From: a virus
Lineage: Duplodnaviria; Caudoviricetes
Length of the DNA: 64,000 nt
IMG/VR virus record: IMGVR_UViG_3300024259_001623
Direction: 5' to 3' (one strand)
The translations under genes and the position numbers were made by a program. Position 1 is the first letter of the stretch; each line of letters starts with the position of its first letter. Shown piece by piece: positions 18,329-27,109 of this stretch. A model generated the notes under the pieces. The model was not told the DNA's origin. It ran no database searches and saw only the letters and a program-made list of their open reading frames with translations.

Positions 18329-19147
18329 TTAGTCGTTTATAAGAAATTCATCATTTTCTGATAAATCTTTGACGCATCTATAACAATTTAAATTAGGCAA
18401 CCAAACTCTATGTTCTCCCGTTATTTTTATCATTCTGCCATCTTCTAACTCAATTTCATACCATTCTTTTTTACTATTCTCATTGATAGAGAATCCATCA
18501 ATTTTTTTGTATTCAATCTGACCAGTTTCAGCATCCATAGATAAAACTTTACAATCTATTTTTTGCTCACAAACGTCTTGTATGCTCTTTATTCCCAAAT
18601 CCGTATTTAACTCAGTTTCTTGGTCAAGACAGTTCTCACCGTCCATTTTAACGGTCACAACGACCTCTCTACCTTCAAAGTGTTCTGTAGACTTTAATTG
18701 TCGATCATCATTAGTTAATCCAGGACTCCAAGGCAAATGTAAAGTTCTAGGATACTTAATATATTTAGAAAATAAATATAATACTTTCCCTTGCTTTAAA
18801 ATCTTTTGTACTGAATGATCAAAGAATAATTCTCCTTTTAATCTTTCTCCGCTTGGCAACATAATATTTCCCCACTTATCATATTCATATTCGTCATATA
18901 AATGAGAAGGAATAATTACGTTTTCGATGCCAGCAGCCATTCTTAAATCTTCACAAGAAAGATGAGTTTGTTCAGCCGCAATATGATGATATCCGCACAA
19001 AGAGACACCGTTATCTAAATGATAACCGCCATCATCCCATAAACGTCTTTCTATGATATGATGAGCATCTTGCGCATCTTTTCCGCATATAACGCATTTG
19101 TGGTTATCTCTTTCAAAAACAGATTGTCTAAATTCATCTCTAGTCAT
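18329..19147 (-). CDS. HNH domain + RNA ligase N-half + split-intein N-part (100 aa)
   Basis: CxxC..DAHH..ERR..NGVSLC..HH; KYPRT.HLPWSPG; motif I KMDGEN followed by intein CLD..T, block B ITGEHRVW. Confidence 0.9.
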   Translation of the reverse strand: MTRDEFRQSVFERDNHKCVICGKDAQDAHHIIERRLWDDGGYHLDNGVSLCGYHHIAAEQTHLSCEDLRMAAGIENVIIPSHLYDEYEYDKWGNIMLPSGERLKGELFFDHSVQKILKQGKVLYLFSKYIKYPRTLHLPWSPGLTNDDRQLKSTEHFEGREVVVTVKMDGENCLDQETELNTDLGIKSIQDVCEQKIDCKVLSMDAETGQIEYKKIDGFSINENSKKEWYEIELEDGRMIKITGEHRVWLPNLNCYRCVKDLSENDEFLIND

Positions 19148-19152
19148 TTTAA

Positions 19153-19560
19153 TTATGTTTGTAATGCTTCGTTAAAATCTTTCTTTTTAATAAATATTTT
19201 AGTAAATACGGCATCGTAACTTTTGCCTGCTGCTAAAAAGTCTTTTTTGTAAACTACTACAGGGACAACCACTTCCCAGGTATGGGCAAATTTTATAGCA
19301 CTAGGCTTATTAGTAAAGACATGCAGACCATGATGGATTTCGTGACTAGCCTTTTCAAACTTAGTTAATGTTTTACTCTCCCGATCAGAAATATTCCAAC
19401 CAGAATCATAATGTGTCTCCCGCCAAGGAGCTATTAAAACCCATTTGCCATCGATGATTGTTTTCTTATATAGAACTTTCCACATAATACATTTGCCACC
19501 ATGTTCTTTTAAAGTTCTTAAAACTCTTTTGGTTCTTTTATCATAAATTTTGCAACACAT
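19153..19560 (-). CDS. MC[LC]-GIHV paralog family, copy 9
   Basis: MCC start, KRTKRVLRTLK, GLHVFTN, AVFTK. Confidence 0.8.
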   Translation of the reverse strand: MCCKIYDKRTKRVLRTLKEHGGKCIMWKVLYKKTIIDGKWVLIAPWRETHYDSGWNISDRESKTLTKFEKASHEIHHGLHVFTNKPSAIKFAHTWEVVVPVVVYKKDFLAAGKSYDAVFTKIFIKKKDFNEALQT

Positions 19561-19571
19561 AATTTATTCCT

Positions 19572-19994
19572 TTATCTCCCTGATCTCATGTTTCTATCAT
19601 CGCTACGAATATCATCTTCGGTTGATGGTTGTCCATCTGCTCCATAAGATATAATCAACGGTGCATTATTCTTGGAATATCTAAAATTATTTCCAAAAGA
19701 ATCTATGAAACGTTCATCTTCTATAGTTCCCTCATTGTCAGCAGTTCCCTGCATTAACGATGCTATTTCAGGAATAGTTAATACATCTTTTAAATATCTA
19801 GGATATTCTTGATGATATCTATGATAGGTTAGAACAGCCTTACTCAAAACTTTCAGTCTAGCACTTGTCTCATCTTCTTGCGCTCTTACTTGAACATAAC
19901 TTCCTACACTTACAATCAAAGAAATCAATATACCCATAATACTAATAACAACCAACATCTCTATAATAGTAAAGCCTTTTCGTTTCTTACTCAT
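19572..19994 (-). CDS. GspG/type IV pilin-like protein with prepilin cleavage motif
   Basis: KRKG/FTIIEMLVVISI, C-terminal DSFGN.FRY...SYGADG...DDI. Confidence 0.85.
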   Translation of the reverse strand: MSKKRKGFTIIEMLVVISIMGILISLIVSVGSYVQVRAQEDETSARLKVLSKAVLTYHRYHQEYPRYLKDVLTIPEIASLMQGTADNEGTIEDERFIDSFGNNFRYSKNNAPLIISYGADGQPSTEDDIRSDDRNMRSGR

Positions 19995-20256
19995 TAGAAT
20001 CTCACTCCCTTATCACTTTTGGCGATTACAACGGCTTCCAAGCATTGTCTTTCAGTATCGAACTTATGAGCATCCATTCTGACAGTATGAGAAAAAGCCC
20101 ACGTACCGAATAAACGAACGAGTTCAACTAATGTATTCCAGTTCCAATAAAAAGCATACCAGCGACCATAACAAGTCTGATGTACTTTTACCCCAGCCTC
20201 TTCAGCAAAAGAGCGTAGTTCTTCAATAGTTTTTATATTGTCAACTTCTATGCACA

Positions 20257-20742
20257 TTATAATGTTTCCAATTCTTCGATGGCCTTATAATAATCAGCTT
20301 TTTTAAGAAAAACCTTCATAAACACAGCATCATACCAATCTCCAGCATACATAAAATCTTTTTGATGTACTGTGACAGGGACTACTAAACAATCACCTTC
20401 ATTGTTGAATTCATCCTTCTTAACCCACAATGCTTGTTTTTTATTAGTAAAGACATGAATGCCCTCTTCTACCGTATTACCGTAAAGTTCGTAATCATCT
20501 AATTTTTTGCTGTATCTATTAGACCTAATGCAACCATATTTGTATTCATAGTCCATATATGGAGTGATCAACTTTACACCTTCATATCCATGATCTTCTA
20601 CAAACAAAACTTTCCACATGACGCATTTTCCGCCATTCTTTTTGAAAGTTCTTCTTACCCTTCTGGTTCTTAAATCATCGATTTCTAAACACACTATTTC
20701 TTCTCCATAAATAAATCTTCTAACTCTGCTCCTTCTATCCAT
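20257..20742 (-). CDS. MC[LC]-GIHV paralog family, copy 10 (true start probably GTG at VCLEIDD)
   Basis: family motifs. Confidence 0.8.
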   Translation of the reverse strand: MDRRSRVRRFIYGEEIVCLEIDDLRTRRVRRTFKKNGGKCVMWKVLFVEDHGYEGVKLITPYMDYEYKYGCIRSNRYSKKLDDYELYGNTVEEGIHVFTNKKQALWVKKDEFNNEGDCLVVPVTVHQKDFMYAGDWYDAVFMKVFLKKADYYKAIEELETL

Positions 20743-20899
20743 CGAGCATATTGATCTTCTGTTATACCTAAAAAATCTATCAGAGAAATATCTTCTTCTG
20801 AATTATGCCATGTTTCAATAAAATCATCTATTTGGTCTGATGTGACTTTACCTTGTCGGAATTGTTCAGCAAATGTTTCTTTATTCATCGTTTTCTTTC

Positions 20900-21106
20900 T
20901 TAAGGAATAAATTTTTTGACTGACCACTGTTTACAATTAGGGCATCTGATTGTGACGCAAATCTTTGTTTTTTCATGGCCCCATTCATCCCCTTCTTCAA
21001 TATAAAAATCATCTTCATCAATTACAACATGAAATTTACGATTACAACAGGGACATTCACCTGTGACTTCAAAATCAAGTTCTGATGTTATTTCTTCGTA
21101 TGACAT
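20900..21106 (-). CDS. small zinc-ribbon protein
   Basis: CPCC and CPNC pairs. Confidence 0.55.
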   Translation of the reverse strand: MSYEEITSELDFEVTGECPCCNRKFHVVIDEDDFYIEEGDEWGHEKTKICVTIRCPNCKQWSVKKFIP

Positions 21107-21117
21107 ATCATTCCTCT

Positions 21118-21558
21118 TTAAGCTGGCATCGTAGCCGCATAATAATCTTCCTTTTGTAAAAAGACTTTAGTAAAAACAACATCTCCTAAATTACCAGCAG
21201 CAATAAAATCATTTTTACTTACTGTTACTGGTATCACAATAAGACTTACTTCATCATGATTTTCATTATCATAATATTTTTTCCGAAGACGAAGATACCT
21301 TTTTGCTTGTCTCTTACTATAGAAGACATGAATACCATAATTGACTTCTTCCCACCTTATCTCAATATCAGTCAATTTGTTACTTGTTCTATTTGAATAA
21401 ATCCAGCCTGACTTATATCTAAAACCATACGAAGCAAAATACATAGGAAGTAATTGATTATTACGTAGATTAACAACCTTGTACATAACAAGACTGCCCT
21501 TCTTCTCAAGCTTTTTTCTTATCTTTTCAGTTCTTGCGTCATCGATTTCTAAACACAT
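21118..21558 (-). CDS. MC[LC]-GIHV paralog family, copy 11
   Basis: family motifs. Confidence 0.8.
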   Translation of the reverse strand: MCLEIDDARTEKIRKKLEKKGSLVMYKVVNLRNNQLLPMYFASYGFRYKSGWIYSNRTSNKLTDIEIRWEEVNYGIHVFYSKRQAKRYLRLRKKYYDNENHDEVSLIVIPVTVSKNDFIAAGNLGDVVFTKVFLQKEDYYAATMPA

Positions 21559-21583
21559 TTTATTTCTTCCTAATGATATGTAA

Positions 21584-21658
21584 TACTCCGGACGGGACTT
21601 GAACCCGCAAACTCCGGGATGAAAACCCAGCGACTTTATCCAATTTGTCTACCAGAGC
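21584..21658 (-). tRNA. tRNA-Glu(UUC)
   Basis: CTGGG-TT TTC AT-CCCGG; cloverleaf. Confidence 0.88.
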
Positions 21659-21666
21659 GAATATAA

Positions 21667-21740
21667 TACTCTGAACGGGATTCGAACCCGTGATCTTTAG
21701 ATTGAGAGTCTAACGAATTAAACCGCTATTCTACCAGAGC
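21667..21740 (-). tRNA. tRNA-Glu(CUC)
   Basis: TTAGA-CT CTC AA-TCTAA; cloverleaf. Confidence 0.88.
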
Positions 21741-21748
21741 GTATATAA

Positions 21749-21822
21749 AACTCTGGACGGGATTCGAACCCGCGATCTTTAGGATGAAAACCTAACGAAT
21801 TAAACCGCTATTCTACCAGAGC
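21749..21822 (-). tRNA. tRNA-Glu(UUC)
   Basis: TTAGG-TT TTC AT-CCTAA; near-duplicate of the CUC copy. Confidence 0.88.
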
Positions 21823-21830
21823 GTAAGTTT

Positions 21831-22079
21831 TTATGCAGAAACAAAGCGACACATACCTTGATCAGCAGTATTAATACGCCAATCCATTTCTTCCAATTCT
21901 GACATTTCATCATCAGAAATCAGTTCTGTATCGACCATGACAAAAATTTCATCATGGTCAGCACACATTACATAATCTTCGTCATTATACTTCTCGAAGA
22001 TTTCGAAAGCTCGCTTAAAGCCTGCAAAACTGTTACCATTAATCTTCTTTACTTCATCTGTCATCTTACATTCCTTCAA
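21831..22079 (-). CDS. hypothetical phage protein
   Basis: 82 aa, ADHDEIFV motif. Confidence 0.6.
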   Translation of the reverse strand: MKECKMTDEVKKINGNSFAGFKRAFEIFEKYNDEDYVMCADHDEIFVMVDTELISDDEMSELEEMDWRINTADQGMCRFVSA

Positions 22080-22173
22080 AAAGTTAGTTCTTCTCTATGC
22101 AACAGCAATTCTGATTCTCCCGTCAGGGAGATATTCTATTATATAACCTCAATTACATAAAAACAAGACAATT

Positions 22174-23514
22174 CTATTCATAATCTTTCAGTTTGAAAGT
22201 TTTGCTTTCTTTTGGAATAAATCTTGTATTTGACCCATAACCCCATCCATCATCTGATAAGAACCAGAACCATCTATCAGAATATGCTGGAGCAACAGGG
22301 TTCCCATAGCCATCCGTAATCACAAAAACAGCATGAGGATACTTGATCTTCTCTATATTCATCACTCTTTGAATATGACTCTCCATTATATCAAATCTAG
22401 TACCACCGCCACCATAAACCTTCCTGCTTTCCAAGGTAGTTTCTTGGACAGAAGTATCAAAGCAAAACAGCCTAACGTTAAAGCGATCTTCTGGTAGCGA
22501 CTCAGCAGCTTTAAAGAACCTATCCTTCAAATTCCAACAAGAACCAGATGTATCCAAGAAGAAATATACATCGATTCTAGTATCATCTTCAAACAAATCT
22601 TCTACATCCATATCCGAAGGAAGATACATATCTCCTTGTCCAGGATAACTATTGAACATCTCTAGCCTTCTAGGAACTCTTGCCCACTGTTCGACTTCTC
22701 TATAATCAGATTTCAAGTAAGGAGAAGCCCAATTTTTTATAACTTCTTCCCATTTCCTTTTCTTTACAACCTTTTTCTCTGGCGAAAGAAAAACCCATCC
22801 TCCCGTACCAGTGGCACTTCTATTCTTTTTGCCCTCTTTATCCTTTTCTTTATCTTCGTCATCCTCTTGATAATGCTTCTCTATAACGTCCTTTAAAATT
22901 TCATCCTTCTCAGAATCATCAAGGAATTCATTCAAATCTTCAATGACTTCTTTCAGTTCTTCTTCACTCCAGAATCCATCATGGTCATCAACCAAACTAG
23001 GCATGTTTTCCATGAACTCATCTGAAAGTTGTTTCAGCTTATTGTAGTAGAATTCAAAAGATTTGTCATCTGGGACTTCTTCATCTTCGAATACAGTATC
23101 TACCCAACAAAATGAATCAGCATTATTCACCTTTTCTCTATTGAAATCGAACTTGTTAACCAAAGTATGATTTACAACAAGGTCCAAAGCAATATTGGTG
23201 ATCTCTTTTGCTTTCTTGAATACATCCTTTGCCCTTGATCCATGATTCAAAATAACATGAAGCATCTCATGGGCAATAAAAAATTCTCTGGAATACTGGT
23301 CGTTATTCTCCCAAAAATCAGGGTTGAAGTAGAAGCCAGTCTGACAACCTTCTTTGTCAAAGGTCACACAGGCCGTTGAGATAGCCTCTGTGAACCTCGG
23401 GGCACCAAGTTCCCAAAACTTGTAGAAGATTGCATGTTTGTTTTGTAAAGACCTACTGATTGCAAAAAACTCATCATCAGTAAGAACCGTTTTCTTTTCT
23501 ACTTTAGTATCCAT
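22174..23514 (-). CDS. DUF2201-type metallopeptidase + vWA-like domain protein
   Basis: TACV, HEMLH (HExxH), NIA.D..VN, C-terminal LDTSGS, GGGT.F, VITDGYG. Confidence 0.85.
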   Translation of the reverse strand: MDTKVEKKTVLTDDEFFAISRSLQNKHAIFYKFWELGAPRFTEAISTACVTFDKEGCQTGFYFNPDFWENNDQYSREFFIAHEMLHVILNHGSRAKDVFKKAKEITNIALDLVVNHTLVNKFDFNREKVNNADSFCWVDTVFEDEEVPDDKSFEFYYNKLKQLSDEFMENMPSLVDDHDGFWSEEELKEVIEDLNEFLDDSEKDEILKDVIEKHYQEDDEDKEKDKEGKKNRSATGTGGWVFLSPEKKVVKKRKWEEVIKNWASPYLKSDYREVEQWARVPRRLEMFNSYPGQGDMYLPSDMDVEDLFEDDTRIDVYFFLDTSGSCWNLKDRFFKAAESLPEDRFNVRLFCFDTSVQETTLESRKVYGGGGTRFDIMESHIQRVMNIEKIKYPHAVFVITDGYGNPVAPAYSDRWFWFLSDDGWGYGSNTRFIPKESKTFKLKDYE

Positions 23515-23547
23515 AACTCAAACTCTTTCTGTTGTGCGGATCAGGGA

Positions 23548-25035
23548 CTACTCAAACAAAAATCGGTCCTTATTTGCGACGATGTATTTGTTAAGATCAG
23601 GATACTTCTGAACAAACTCCAACTTAACCAAAGGCTTTTGCAATTCCTCCATACGAGCAAGACAATGGTTGATCAACCCCATAAAGTTCTTATAGTTATT
23701 ATCGATAGACTTTATGTGACTCTTTCCGGCAATCTTGTCAATAGTCTCAAGAACCTTTATAAGTTCTTGATAAGTCATCAATTGAGCTATATGAGGCAGC
23801 AAAGATGCATAATAACTCTTTCTTGAATGGGTGTCACTTAATCCCATTTCCTGTATCACATTACAATGCGGAATGATTTTATTAGTATTCGTTACCGTAT
23901 AATAATACCGTTTGAAATTCGTTTTCTTCACTCCCTTTGTAATGGCAGAATTAACCCAATTCCTTTCAAATGATCCCTTCGTATGTCTAGTGATCTTAGT
24001 GCATAATTCCTTATTCGCTCCTGCCTTTACGATTTCTTCCAGAACCTCTTTCAGCTTTGGTTCCTTTTCGTAATTCCACAAAGCAGTATTCCTAGCCATA
24101 TCATTCTCAGCGATGAGTTTAGCGATCTTCTCATCTGGCATCAATGGCAAGAAGAATTCGCACAAACCTTTCTTATCTACAATAGCAGCTAACGTCTGAG
24201 AATAGTTATCCTCATCTGCCAAGAAAGCCATGCCTTCTGCTTTATTTTTTGTAGTAAAAATACCTTTTAGTTTATTCACAGCAGGGGTATTCTTCATTTT
24301 ACTTACGAAACTGTTGATATTCGCCCCAGCAGGCAATACATCATTCAAGTCTCCGCTGAGGAAGTAATAATCTAAGGTGTATTCCAAACGTCTAGGAGAA
24401 ACCATATTCTTGACTTCTTCCGTTTGTTCCTTCCACCAAGTAATAGCTTGAGAAGCAACATCATTACCGTACTTCTGAGAGAAGAACTTTCTATTTGGCT
24501 CATAAGGGATTTCTACTTGAATTTGAAATCTATCAACTTGAGCAGGGTCAGCTTTTTCCACATCATAAGTATTTACATCATCTTCATCTGGGTTAATAGC
24601 AACCCAAACGATTTTCAGATTCTTCAAAACCTTACCATTAATGGACTTAAACTGAATCAGTTCCATAACGGCATTACGAATCTTCTTATGAGAACGATTG
24701 TACTCATCAATGAAAATCGCTTCTACTTCGTCTTGAGCAATTGCTTTAGGACGAATGAATTTAATGTATGTTTCTCCGGTGTCAGGATCAGTATGTTTTT
24801 CAGGAATACCAATGAAATCAACCCAAGGGTCTAAAGTAGCTCCACTAAAGTACATATAATTAAGTTTTGCTTTCTTCCAAGCATCCAAAATTATAGACGT
24901 TTTGCCAACTCCATGACGCCCAACGAACATAACATTCAGCCCGCTATCGATCCACAGGCTCATTTTGTGGTCGTTGATGAGATGTTTCCTTCTACGAGGC
25001 ATTTCCGACTCCTTAAAAATATTCTTTTCTCTCAA
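23548..25035 (-). CDS. MoxR-like AAA+ ATPase
   Basis: Walker A GRHGVGKT, Walker B IFIDEYNR, AINP, D.AQ.DRF, SPRR. Confidence 0.85.
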   Translation of the reverse strand: MREKNIFKESEMPRRRKHLINDHKMSLWIDSGLNVMFVGRHGVGKTSIILDAWKKAKLNYMYFSGATLDPWVDFIGIPEKHTDPDTGETYIKFIRPKAIAQDEVEAIFIDEYNRSHKKIRNAVMELIQFKSINGKVLKNLKIVWVAINPDEDDVNTYDVEKADPAQVDRFQIQVEIPYEPNRKFFSQKYGNDVASQAITWWKEQTEEVKNMVSPRRLEYTLDYYFLSGDLNDVLPAGANINSFVSKMKNTPAVNKLKGIFTTKNKAEGMAFLADEDNYSQTLAAIVDKKGLCEFFLPLMPDEKIAKLIAENDMARNTALWNYEKEPKLKEVLEEIVKAGANKELCTKITRHTKGSFERNWVNSAITKGVKKTNFKRYYYTVTNTNKIIPHCNVIQEMGLSDTHSRKSYYASLLPHIAQLMTYQELIKVLETIDKIAGKSHIKSIDNNYKNFMGLINHCLARMEELQKPLVKLEFVQKYPDLNKYIVANKDRFLFE

Positions 25036-25066
25036 TAGATATAAATAGCACCAGCGCTTTCAGGGA

Positions 25067-25105
25067 TAAAAAAAGAGCCAGCCTTCATAACAAAAGACTG
25101 ACTCT
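25067..25105 (-). terminator. intrinsic terminator
   Basis: GAGTCAGTCTT/AAGGCTGGCTC stem followed by a U-run. Confidence 0.65.
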
Positions 25106-25128
25106 CGTTTATCCATGACAATTTTAAA

Positions 25129-25330
25129 GAGTTCGCCTTCTCTAGCCTCGTGGGAATGACTCCCACATCAGGACCACCAGGTAGTGTTTAAAGAGGCTAC
25201 CAACTCTTCGATACAACGATCCATACTTATCTTAAAACATACGCAACTAATTATCGTAGAAGGGTCCAGTAATGGTTGACGCCATTACTTTCCCTGTCGT
25301 CAAACAAGCGAGCTATTTGCCCGCCCTTCT
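25129..25330 (-). ncRNA. candidate structured RNA
   Basis: non-coding, GC-richer gap with GAAGGG/CCCTTC, AGTAATGG/CCATTACT, AGCCTC/GAGGCT, GTGGGA/TCCCAC stems. Confidence 0.45.
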
Positions 25331-25345
25331 CCGAGAATAAGTTCT

Positions 25346-25648
25346 TTATCTTACCATTTTTGCCTTTTTGTAATCCTCTTCGATTAACTCTCTGATGATT
25401 GCATTTGCATCTTTAGACGACATTGGACGCATAGCATTAGTCTTATCATTCATCCAAAAGTTTTCGCTATCCCGATACAGCATACCAGTCTTGCCAGTTC
25501 TCTCTCCGATGATAAAACCTTTCTTAAACCTAACCAAAGAGTATCTTGGCGCCTTCTTTACCGGCTTATTATGAGGATTCTTAACATCATCGTCATCATC
25601 ATAATCATCGTCATAATCTCGGCTTCGTCTGCCTCTGTCCTGTCTCAT
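25346..25648 (-). CDS. hypothetical protein with acidic N-terminus
   Basis: 100 aa, AAGGA RBS, TTGCAA-N16-TATAAT upstream (25685-25712). Confidence 0.6.
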   Translation of the reverse strand: MRQDRGRRSRDYDDDYDDDDDVKNPHNKPVKKAPRYSLVRFKKGFIIGERTGKTGMLYRDSENFWMNDKTNAMRPMSSKDANAIIRELIEEDYKKAKMVR

Positions 25649-25726
25649 TTTTTTTCCTTTACTAAAAAATATTTACGACACTATATTATACTTGGATGTT
25701 ATTATTTTGCAATTAAAATATTTTAA

Positions 25727-25800
25727 TAGCGATGGTGAGGATCGAACTCACAGCCTCTCGCTTATGAAACGAGCGCTCAGACCTATTGAGCTTCACCGCT
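25727..25800 (-). tRNA. tRNA-Met(CAU)
   Basis: CTCGT-TT CAT AA-GCGAG; cloverleaf. Confidence 0.8.
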
Positions 25801-26058
25801 TTCTATCATATTTATTAGATCGTCACGATCTAATTCGACGGCCAATTCTTTAGTCCCTCTAATCGAGCTAATATTATCAAAACTATCCCCAGGAGGCAGT
25901 AAGAATCTAGTACCTTTATCGGCTCTTATAACGTTTGCTTTGCCAGTTGGGCCATAAATAGTTATGCTATCACGAATAACATAAACCTTTGTGCCTGTTA
26001 TTTTTGTAACCCTTTTGCCTACTGGTATATCTTTAGCTGGCATTATTGCTTTCAACAT
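25783..26058 (-). CDS. hypothetical protein
   Basis: 91 aa, AGGAG RBS; stop overlaps the tRNA 5' end. Confidence 0.6.
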   Translation of the reverse strand: MLKAIMPAKDIPVGKRVTKITGTKVYVIRDSITIYGPTGKANVIRADKGTRFLLPPGDSFDNISSIRGTKELAVELDRDDLINMIESGEAQ

Positions 26059-26078
26059 TATACATCTCCTTCTTAAAA

Positions 26079-26176
26079 TCAGCGAAAAGGATTCGAACCA
26101 ATAACTGCCCTCTACCAGTAAGATAGCATGTTGCTTACTAAGCGGGGAGCCATGTTGCCAATTACACCATCGCTGA
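26079..26176 (-). ncRNA. tRNA-like RNA with hairpin insertion replacing the anticodon loop
   Basis: TCAGCGA/TCGCTGA acceptor, D arm, GGTTCGAATCC; insert AGTAAG..CTTACT. Confidence 0.65.
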
Positions 26177-26652
26177 TATATTATCAGACTGGATTTCTAT
26201 ACATAATCATTTGGAATATTTGAATTCAGTATATTTGCTTCTTTTATCTTCGCTTCTCGTATTTTCTCAAGCATTTTTGCTCTAATTAAACGAGAAGAAT
26301 GCATTTTACCACTAAGCATGTTCACTCTGCAACCAGTATCTTCGTGATGAAGGGTTTCCGAAAAACCAGGAATAATTGCTTCAATTAAGTCAGTGTTAAG
26401 TGTGATATATTTTAGCACTACGAAAGCCATTTTATTTATCTCCTAAATGTTTTCTAATCTGGTCAATAGTATCTGTAGCAGATTCACTTTTGCCTTCCAA
26501 AAAAGCAAGTTCCAAATTATCAGAAATCATTCGTTTTGCAGAATAATAATTTGCATCGCCTCTGAATAGTCCCATTGCAGACAAAATTTCAGACGCCTTA
26601 TTATCAAAATATTTTTTGCGTATTGCATCCATTATTTCTTTTCTCCTTCAAA

Positions 26653-26769
26653 TAAATAGGACGGGATTCGAACCCGCAACCTTCTGTTTCAGGTTGGATC
26701 AGCCTGTGAGGAATAGAACCTGCATAGGTCAGCCGTCGCTTGTATTTAACCAGTTAATACTACCTATTC
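26653..26769 (-). ncRNA. tRNA-like RNA with about 45-nt anticodon-arm insertion
   Basis: GAATAGG/CCTATTT acceptor, GTAT/ATAC D stem, GCGGG-TTCGAAT-CCCGT T arm. Confidence 0.65.
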
Positions 26770-26784
26770 ACCAATCAATCCAAA

Positions 26785-26939
26785 TACCAAGAGCAGGATT
26801 CGAACCTACACGCCTTTAGTTCCTATATACGCCTATGATATATAGCGAACTCTGTAAAATCAAATAGACTTCAAATATTCAACCTTACTTCAGCAACGGG
26901 TATTATCCCGTCGTGTCTAACCATTTCCACCATCTTGGG
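26785..26939 (-). ncRNA. tRNA-like RNA (Leu-like D arm) with very large variable-region insertion
   Basis: CCCAAGA/TCTTGGT, GTGGAAATGGTTAGACAC, ACGGG-6nt-CCCGT, GTAGG-TTCGAAT-CCTGC. Confidence 0.65.
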
Positions 26940-26948
26940 ATATAACAA

Positions 26949-27109
26949 TGCAGAGAGTTGGACTCGAACCAACAAACCTAAGTAGAATAAAATCTAAGTT
27001 CATTCTTAACTTGCATACTAGACATCAATGTCCTTGTCATTGCACCCAGTTATGCTCTAGGTCATAGAACCATAAGCTCTAATTGCGTTACCAATTACGC
27101 TACCTCCGC
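26949..27109 (-). ncRNA. tRNA-like RNA with about 85-nt insertion, 5' end overlapping the sigma-factor stop
   Basis: GCGGAGG/TCTCTGC acceptor, GCGT/ACGC D stem, GTTGG-TTCGAGT-CCAAC. Confidence 0.65.

Noticed and set aside
25129-25260. Hammerhead ribozyme (CTGATG next to a hairpin)
   Set aside because: The required CUGAUGA...GAAA core is incomplete.
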